NCBI GenBank assembly: GCA_963826525.1
Contig: CAWGXH010000004.1
Span: 96,001 to 160,000, forward strand
Direction of reading: 5' to 3'
Source: an uncultured Methanomicrobiaceae archaeon
GTDB lineage: Archaea > Halobacteriota > Methanomicrobia > Methanomicrobiales > Methanoculleaceae
Length of the DNA: 64,000 nt
Numbering within the stretch: position 1 is the first letter of the stretch; each line of letters opens with the position of its first letter. Both the position numbers and the translations under genes were made by a program. Below are positions 57,110 to 64,000 of this stretch, in pieces. The notes beneath the pieces were generated by a model. That model saw only the letters and a list, made by a program, of their open reading frames with translations, was not told the DNA's origin and made no database searches.

Positions 57110-57137
57110 GAAAGTGCACTTTCCCCAAGATTATATA
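57110..57137 (+). promoter_or_regulatory. nifB promoter: perfect palindrome GAAAGTGCACTTTC followed by TATA box
   Basis: 14-bp palindrome 57110-57123; TTATATA at 57131, 35 bp before the ATG. Confidence 0.55.
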
Positions 57138-57165
57138 GTTTTTCAGCGTGCATACTAGATCAGAC

Positions 57166-58071
57166 ATGTCCGCCGAAGAACTCCCCACAACAACGGTCCA
57201 CGGCAGGAAAGTTCCGTACGACCCGGAACAGCTGCGGAAGATCGCCGAGCACCCCTGCTACTCCGAGAAGGCATGCCACTCCTTCGGCAGATGCCACCTT
57301 CCGGTCGCTCCGAAGTGCAACATCCAGTGCAACTACTGCGTCCGGGACTTCGACTGCGTCAATGAGAGCCGTCCGGGCGTGACGAGCAAAGTTCTCTCCC
57401 CGGAGGAGTCACTCGACCTTGTCCGGCGGGTCGTCAGGGAATATCCGTACGTCAAGGTTATCGGCATCGCAGGCCCCGGAGAGCCGCTTGCGAACCAGGA
57501 CACCTTCGAGACGCTCAGACTGGTGCACGAGGAGTTCCCGAAACTCATCATGTGCATCAGCACGAACGGTCTTCTGCTCCCCGAGTCTATCGACGAGCTC
57601 GACCGCAATGGTGTCGGAACCATCACCGTGACCTTGAACGCTATCGATCCTGCCATAGGCGAGAAGATCTACTCGCACGTCACCTATAAGGGGAAGACTT
57701 ACCACGGCCGGGAAGCGGCAGAACTCCTCCTCTCCCAGCAGATGAAGGGTATCGAGATGGCGGTTGCAAAGAAGATGTTCGTCAAGATCAACACCGTCTA
57801 CATCCCGGGAGTCAATGACGAGCATATCGTGGATATCGCGAAGAAAGTGAGCGAGATGGGGGCTTACACCTTCAACGTCATCCCGCTCATCCCGCAGTAC
57901 AAATTCGCCGATATTGTGCCGCCGACACCGAAAGAGAAGAAGGAGATGCAGGACGCCTGCGCTCCGTACATCAAGCAGATGCGCCACTGCGCACGCTGCC
58001 GGTCGGATGCCATCGGGAAACTCGGCCAGGACGTCCAGTCCTGCATCTACAAAAAGGACCAGACAGAATAA
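57166..58071 (+). CDS. nifB: Radical SAM nitrogenase cofactor biosynthesis protein NifB (stand-alone archaeal form)
   Basis: HPC, CNIQCNYC, ESRPG, AGPGEPL, TNG, CARCRSDAIG motifs. Confidence 0.93.
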   Translation: MSAEELPTTTVHGRKVPYDPEQLRKIAEHPCYSEKACHSFGRCHLPVAPKCNIQCNYCVRDFDCVNESRPGVTSKVLSPEESLDLVRRVVREYPYVKVIGIAGPGEPLANQDTFETLRLVHEEFPKLIMCISTNGLLLPESIDELDRNGVGTITVTLNAIDPAIGEKIYSHVTYKGKTYHGREAAELLLSQQMKGIEMAVAKKMFVKINTVYIPGVNDEHIVDIAKKVSEMGAYTFNVIPLIPQYKFADIVPPTPKEKKEMQDACAPYIKQMRHCARCRSDAIGKLGQDVQSCIYKKDQTE

Positions 58072-58124
58072 TCCCGCTCCCGAACTTTTTTTATCGTGCG
58101 ATGCACTTCGATACCGATCAATCA

Positions 58125-58968
58125 ATGACGACGATTACGCTTGGGCCCGACGAGCCGCTCGATCTCGACCGGACACTCGGCTGCGGTCAGGCGTTCCGCT
58201 GGGAGGGGGAGGGCGGCTGGTGGCAGGGCGTCGTCGACGACCGCGCGATCCGGATACAGCAGGACGGAGATCTGCTGATGTTTTACGGGGCGGATGAAGC
58301 GTTCGTCCGCGACTACTTCCGGCTCGACCAAGACCTCCCCGCCATCCTCGCCTCGATCGATCGCGACCCGATTATCCACGACGCGATCCGGTGCTGCTAC
58401 GGCCTCCGGCTCGTCCGGCAGCGGCCGTGGGAGTGCCTCGTCTCCTACATCTGTGCAACGAACACGAATATCCCGGCGGTGAAACGGAGGGTTTCGCATA
58501 TGGCGGAACGCTACGGCGAGGCGATCGAGGGGCCTTTCGGGACGACCTATACGTTCCCGGAGCCCGAGGCGCTCGCCGGGGTCTGCCATGCCGACCTGTG
58601 GGACTGCAAACTCGGCTACCGGACAGACTACGTCCGCGATGCTGCAGCCTTCGCAGTGGAGAACCCGGGGTGGGCGGAGCATATCGCATCGCTGCCGTTC
58701 GAGGAGGCCAGAGCAGAGTTGATGCGGTTTTCGCGGCGTCGGGCCGAAGGCAGCGGACTGCGTGCTGCTCTTTGCATTCGGGTTCTTCGAAGCGTTTCCG
58801 GTGGATGTCTGGATCAGGCGGATCGTAGCGGAGGCGTATATGCCGGATCTTCCGGGAGAGAACTGTACGCTGGCGGAGTACGACAGAATACGCCGGTTTG
58901 CTCGGGAGCACTTCGGGGAGTATGCGGGATATGCGCAGGAGTACCTTTACTGTGTGCGGGAGGGATAA
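58125..58968 (+). CDS. 8-oxoguanine DNA glycosylase (OGG1-like), frameshifted
   Basis: TLGCGQAFRW, LVSYIC, LGYR, GVGPKAADC HhH, FPVDVW, YAGYAQEYL. Confidence 0.88.
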
Positions 58969-59366
58969 ACGACGGCAGAATCGACCGTATTTTATTGCTG
59001 TTTTCACCGGCCGGAAGGGGCACCTGTATTTGCAGGAGTATCTCTGTTATATTCCGAAACGAAGGAGAATTCTTCGAGTTATATCGACCATATGAGGAGA
59101 GGTAATATCAGGAGGATGAATACCCCTACCGCGGTTGAGATCGGCCGTCTGTGGGCTTCTGTGGGGATGGTAATTCCGGCGCATTCGGCTGGAAATACTG
59201 GTATTTACCTTTTTCCTGACTCATACTGTCCGCCCGGCCAGGGATGCATGACGCCGGGATGATCGTTCCTCGCCAAGCGCCGAGGGTTATCCGGCCCGGG
59301 CGGGATACGGCAGCATTTCTTGATAAAGAAGCCGGATAAGAGGGAGTCCATCGACCCGGACGCTGC

Positions 59367-60107
59367 TCACGACCTCTCAGCGGTGAAATGCCGGCAGCCG
59401 CAGGCGAAGCTCGCGATAAACCCGTTCTCCCGCGACTGCAGCACCTCCTCCGGCGTCCCCTCGACGACCACCTTTCCTTCTTCGAGGAGGCAGACCCGAT
59501 CACCGAGCTCGAGAGCGTCGTTGAGCGTGTGGGTGACGATGACGCACGGAATACCTGCCCGGCGGATCCGGTTCCGGAGCTCGCGCCGCATCTCGCCCTG
59601 TGCCCGGACGTCGACGGCAGCGAGGGGTTCGTCCAGGAGGAGGAGCTCGGGGTTCAGAACGAGTGAGCGGGCGAGAGCGACCCGCTGCCGCTGCCCGCCC
59701 GAGAGCCTGCCGACGTTCACGTCCGCAAGGTCGGCAATATGCATCGCCGCGAGCTGCCCGGCGACACGGTCGGCGATCTCTGCTTTCAGAGTCTTCCGGC
59801 ACCGTAGGCCGAACGCAACGTTCTCGAAGACGGAGAGATGCGGAAAGAGGGCGTAGGACTGGAAGAGATGGCCAATCTTCCGCTCTTCGGTCGGGACGTT
59901 TATCCGGAGCGTATCGGAGAAGAGGGTCAGGCCGGCGAGCGTGATCTCCCCACGGTCGGGGGTGAGGAGCCCCGACGTGAGGTTCAGGATGGTCGATTTA
60001 CCCGCCCCGTTCTCACCGATGAGGACGAGCGTCTCTCCATTCCGGGCGGTGAGGGAGACGTCGAGCTCATAATCGCGCAGGCGTTTGGCGACGTGAATCG
60101 AGAGCAT
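59367..60107 (-). CDS. modC: Molybdate ABC transporter ATP-binding subunit
   Basis: GENGAGKST, LFQSYALFPH, LSGGQRQR; operon with modAB. Confidence 0.88.
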   Translation of the reverse strand: MLSIHVAKRLRDYELDVSLTARNGETLVLIGENGAGKSTILNLTSGLLTPDRGEITLAGLTLFSDTLRINVPTEERKIGHLFQSYALFPHLSVFENVAFGLRCRKTLKAEIADRVAGQLAAMHIADLADVNVGRLSGGQRQRVALARSLVLNPELLLLDEPLAAVDVRAQGEMRRELRNRIRRAGIPCVIVTHTLNDALELGDRVCLLEEGKVVVEGTPEEVLQSRENGFIASFACGCRHFTAERS

Positions 60108-60949
60108 CAGATCTTCCTCCGGGTGACGAACTTAACCGACAGGATGACGGCAAACGAGATGATCACAAGGATGATCGCAAGGCTGATGGCATCGTAGATA
60201 TCGCCCTGCATCGTCGTATAGATGGCAAGCGGCATCGTCTGTGTCCTGCCCTGAAAGTTGCCGGCGAACATGATCGTTGCCCCGAACTCACCGAGCGCCC
60301 GGGCGAAGTCGAGGATCGCTCCCGAGACGAGACCGGTCCAGGCGAGGGGGACGGTGACACGGAGGAGCACGGTCACCCGCCCGGCTCCGAGTGTGCGGGC
60401 GGCATCCTCATAGATCCGGTCGACCGCCTCGAAACTAGCCCGCGCCTGCCGGATGTAGAAGGGCGAGGCGACGAAGACCTGCGCCAGGATCACGGCAAGC
60501 GTGGTGAAGGCGATCTGGATCCCGAAGGCATCCAGGTACTCCCCCACGACACCCCGCCGCCCGAAAGCCATCAGGAGGGCGATACCCGCCACCGCAGGCG
60601 GAAGGACGATGGGAAGGTCGGTGAGGGTGTCGACGATCTCCTTGCCCCGGTAGTTTTCCCGTGCATTGATGTAGGAGAGCGGTGTTCCGAAGAGGATGAC
60701 AATCGCCGTGCTGACCGTCGCCGTGAAGAGGGAGAGCGCCAGAGCGTCAATGACCACCGGCTCTGCAAGCGACCGGAGGAATGCTTCGGGGGTGATCCGC
60801 AGGAAGAGCGACGCTACCGGTAGCGTGACGAAGAGGAGAAAGACGGCCAGAAGGGCAACGAGGAGGAGGGTAAACCCGGCTCCCCGTGCTTTCGTCCAGG
60901 ACACGTTCCTGACAGCGTTACCGGCCTTACGGTATCGGATCGAATCCAT
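60107..60949 (-). CDS. modB: Molybdate ABC transporter permease
   Basis: DLPIVLPPAVAG, EDAARTLGA, FARALGEFGAT. Confidence 0.92.
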   Translation of the reverse strand: MDSIRYRKAGNAVRNVSWTKARGAGFTLLLVALLAVFLLFVTLPVASLFLRITPEAFLRSLAEPVVIDALALSLFTATVSTAIVILFGTPLSYINARENYRGKEIVDTLTDLPIVLPPAVAGIALLMAFGRRGVVGEYLDAFGIQIAFTTLAVILAQVFVASPFYIRQARASFEAVDRIYEDAARTLGAGRVTVLLRVTVPLAWTGLVSGAILDFARALGEFGATIMFAGNFQGRTQTMPLAIYTTMQGDIYDAISLAIILVIISFAVILSVKFVTRRKI

Positions 60950-61748
60950 ACTCCGTCAGGATGGCGCTGCTATCAGTGCCGCGCACGAACATGACGAACG
61001 CCTCGGCAGCATCTTTCTGCTGTGACTCGGCAAGGATGCCGAGCGGATACTCGGCGACGACATTGTACTCGGCCGGGATATCGATCCGCTCAAGTTTGTC
61101 GCGATCCTCCTGCTTGACATCGGACTTGTAGACAAAGGCGGCATCCGCTTCTCCAAGCGTCAGCTTCGGCACGACGGAGCTCACCGCCGTCTCCTCGGAG
61201 ATGACGTTGCCCATTACGGCCTCTCTGTACTCGGGGCCATAGGCGGAGCTGTTCGCCATCTTGTCGAGCACTTGGCGGGTGTATGACCCGAAAGGCACGT
61301 CCTTGGTGCCGATGACGAGCTTCACGCCGGGTTTCGCGAGATCGGCAAGGGTCGTGATATTGCCCGGGTTATCGGCGGGAACGATGACGGCGAGGGAATT
61401 TTCGAGGAAGAGCTCCACAGAATCGTTCTCCATGTAGCCGGCATCCTGCAGCGCCTTCATATGTTTCACATTCGCAGAGACGAAGACGTCGGGGGACGCT
61501 CCCTGCTCAATCTGCGTCCTGAGCGCCTGCGAACCGTCAAAGATGAGATCGATCTGCACATCAGGGTTCTGTGCTTCGTAGGCTGCACCGATATCGGTGA
61601 AAGCACCTGTGAGCGACGCGGCCGTAAAAACGGTCAGTGTCGTCTGCTCCCCGGCCGGCTGTGTGGTGCCGGTGCATCCCGCAACAGCGAGTACTGCAGC
61701 AATAAGGAGAAGCGGCACCAGCAGTATAATGGTACTGTGAGATTTCAT
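60927..61748 (-). CDS. modA: Molybdate-binding lipoprotein
   Basis: VAGC lipobox, FTAASL, GSQAL..QIEQGA, VPFGSY, DAAFVYKSD. Confidence 0.92.
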   Translation of the reverse strand: MKSHSTIILLVPLLLIAAVLAVAGCTGTTQPAGEQTTLTVFTAASLTGAFTDIGAAYEAQNPDVQIDLIFDGSQALRTQIEQGASPDVFVSANVKHMKALQDAGYMENDSVELFLENSLAVIVPADNPGNITTLADLAKPGVKLVIGTKDVPFGSYTRQVLDKMANSSAYGPEYREAVMGNVISEETAVSSVVPKLTLGEADAAFVYKSDVKQEDRDKLERIDIPAEYNVVAEYPLGILAESQQKDAAEAFVMFVRGTDSSAILTEYGFDPIP

Positions 61749-61754
61749 TGTATA

Positions 61755-61852
61755 CTCCCATATGAAGTAAGTTTACATTTCATAATTATAAATTTAAATT
61801 ATTTAAATAGATATACATTCACTTTTTGTTAATAAATTTGAATTTACTTTTC
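61755..61852 (-). promoter_or_regulatory. Extremely AT-rich modABC promoter region
   Basis: ATTTAAAT-T-ATTTAAAT inverted repeat and TATA-like boxes in a GC-rich background. Confidence 0.5.
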
Positions 61853-61873
61853 CCTGGCACCGGAGGTGACGTC

Positions 61874-62537
61874 TCATTGAGCGGCGGGGTCCTTCGTCAG
61901 CCTCACACTGACCTCGTTCTTCCCGTGGAATTCGGTCATCATAGAAAACCCTCTCCGTTCCGCTTCCATCTCGATCCAGGGAGGCACATGATCGCAGATC
62001 ACCTCAAGATCATTGAAATCGCCCCGGCAGATAAATTCCTGAAGAACCTGCTTGCTGCTGATCTCGGGCGCCTTTCCCTGGATCTCCTTAATTGAAATGA
62101 AGAAGTTGCCGGGGGAGATCTCGATCGGCACGGGGATCTCCACAGCCTGTGCAGCTGCCGCTGCACTCTCCGCCGCCTCTTCACCGCGCATCACTCCGTC
62201 GAGAAACGCAGCGGGTCTGCCGGAAACCTCCCATACGCTACACCCCGCCTTCTCGAGCTCGAAGGACATGGCACCGCTTGCGGACCTCGCAACGAAGATC
62301 CTGCAAGGTCCGAGGAACTCCAGAAGTTCGCCCATCGTTGAGCGCAGTTCACGCAGCCCTTTGCTTCGGTCGAGTGCGAGCTCCATCTCGCGGTCGGCCA
62401 CAAAGGAGCATCCGGATCTTCGGTACACGACAACCTTCCCGGGTTCGGAGAGTGTCCCGGAAAAGCCGCCTCTGTCCAGGAGGTACTGCTATCTCCCGGG
62501 CACCAGCACCACCGTGCTCTTCGCGTCTCCTGCACAT
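61874..62537 (-). CDS. anfO: AnfO-like nitrogenase accessory protein (frameshifted near N-terminus)
   Basis: EIAV...GKVVVY, FLGPCRIFVA, SSKQVLQEF, LEVICDHVPPW. Confidence 0.75.
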
Positions 62538-62541
62538 ATCG

Positions 62542-62850
62542 CTAAATCACCAGGCGCTCTACGACGTTGCCACCTTCGATATGCTCATCAAGAATCTCTT
62601 CGACGTCATCGGGCGTAACCGACCCGTACCAGACGTTATCCGGATACACCACGACGATAGGCCCCTTTTCGCAGATACCGAAGCAGCCGGTGTTGTTGAT
62701 GAACACCTCGCCGCCGATCTCGCGCTCTTCGATCTCTTCCATGAACTTCATCATGACAGCCACGCCGTCCTTGGAGTAGCAGAATCCCTTCTGCTGGCCG
62801 TTCGGACGGGAGCTAGAACATACGAAAATATGCTGTCTTGGGTTTTGCAT
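62542..62850 (-). CDS. Thioredoxin-like 2Fe-2S ferredoxin (nif-associated)
   Basis: HIFVCSSSR..GQQKGFC, TGCFGICEKGPIVVVYPD.VWYG. Confidence 0.9.
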   Translation of the reverse strand: MQNPRQHIFVCSSSRPNGQQKGFCYSKDGVAVMMKFMEEIEEREIGGEVFINNTGCFGICEKGPIVVVYPDNVWYGSVTPDDVEEILDEHIEGGNVVERLVI

Positions 62851-62851
62851 C

Positions 62852-64000
62852 TCAGACACCTCCTCTCGTTACCATCTCTTCTCTCTGCAATTGACGATAC
62901 GAACCGGTACTTCTTCTCGAGCAGGGCATTCGTGAACCGATCGAGGAACGCAAGGGTGCCCGCGTAGCCTGCGGAGAGGATTCTCTGCCCCCCTATCCGG
63001 TCGTGAATGGGAAAACCCACCCTGACAAGGGGGATCCCCCGGCGTTCGGTCAGGACCTTTCCCCCGGAGTGGCCTACTGCAACGGTGACGCCTGTCTGCA
63101 CAGCCGCTTCGTCGATAGCCGCGAAGTCCGCCTCTTCCATCAGGACGGGCGGTTCGTCGGCATCCATAAGCAGCTCGTCCAGTAGTCCAGCAAGACGGCC
63201 AGCTCCGGTTCCGCTGGCAATGACCCGGGGAAACGCCCCGTTCTCCGCACATACGCTGGAAAAGGCATATACGAGCTCGGGCTCGCCGTACACGACCGAT
63301 CTACCGTCTGCGTTGAACTTGTGCGAATCCGCCATACCGTCGAGAAGCCAGCCCCGCTCAAGAGCGAGCTCCTCCGGCACGGGCCTGCCGCCGAGCTCCT
63401 GCAGCGCCTCTATGAAGCGATCCGTATTCGCGAGGCCGATGGGCAGGGGCAGATTGATCAGCGGCACGCCGAATTTCTCCTCCAGGAAGAGTCCCGGCGA
63501 GAGGCTGTCGGGGCAGGTCAGCCCGAACTGTATGGTCGCCGGTGCTCCGGGCATACGGGCAATATCCTCCGTCCTGGTACCACCGGGTGGAATCTTCTGG
63601 TAGCGTCCCCCGTAGGGGCGGTCCAGCGTCATGGAATAATCAGGAATGAGCGTATACTCGATACCCATGAGTCCGAGGATGCGCTTGATCTCGCGAATGT
63701 CGGCGGGACTGATATGCGGAACGATCACGTTCACCCGCCGGTGCTGCTCGGTCGGCCGGGCATAGTATGCGATCAGCTGCCGGGTCGCCGCCCAGAATCC
63801 TTCCGTATGGCTCCCGCTGTAACTCGGGGTGGAGACCGGGATGATATCAACGTCCGTGATCGCACGGTCGTTCTTATACGTTGCGACCAGCCTCTCGAGG
63901 TCCTCGCCCATCGTCTCCGCAAGGCAGGTCGTCATGATGCCGATCACTCTAGGTCGGTATACCCGCAGGACATTGTCAAGAGCCCTCCGGAGATTCGCCT
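62852..64000 (-). CDS. nifN: Nitrogenase component-1 family protein, probably NifN (5' part outside window)
   Basis: TTCLAETMGED, STPSYSGSH.EGF, PLPIG..NTD, GFPIHDRIGGQR; nifN rather than nifK inferred from position before the ferredoxin. Confidence 0.75.

Overview
Archaeal chromosome segment. Gene content (mch, ORC1/cdc6, archaeal promoters, nif/mod genes) points to a Methanomicrobiales methanogen, probably Methanoculleus-like; the taxon is my inference. Bases 1-36.5 kb hold a cell-surface glycosylation island with two Wzx flippases, GT2/GT4 glycosyltransferases, NDP-sugar epimerases, a DegT aminotransferase, wecB, an asparagine-synthase-like protein, DUF362 and two secreted beta-helix proteins sharing a near-identical 755-bp block. 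The island contains a stack of three IS elements/remnants (5.4-8.1 kb) and an ISH3-type IS whose transposase is cleanly interrupted by a complete group II intron (22822-24933). Bases 37.7-64 kb are mostly core genes: cdc6, mch, tRNA-Val(TAC), preA, nudC, an M24 peptidase, SET and PAS proteins, an ABC-2 exporter, a methyltransferase/ATP-grasp fusion, nifB, an OGG glycosylase, modABC, anfO-like, a 2Fe-2S ferredoxin and nifN. Features the ORF track misses or misreads are a five-gene 218-bp-period array of 58-aa CxxC-x17-CxxC proteins, a probable SSV-type int(N) scar with a duplicated palindrome at tRNA-Val, a lone ORB-like box and a palindrome at the nifB promoter. Many genes, including essential ones, carry single-base frameshifts, most likely long-read consensus errors, so split ORFs are merged and some boundaries are approximate.
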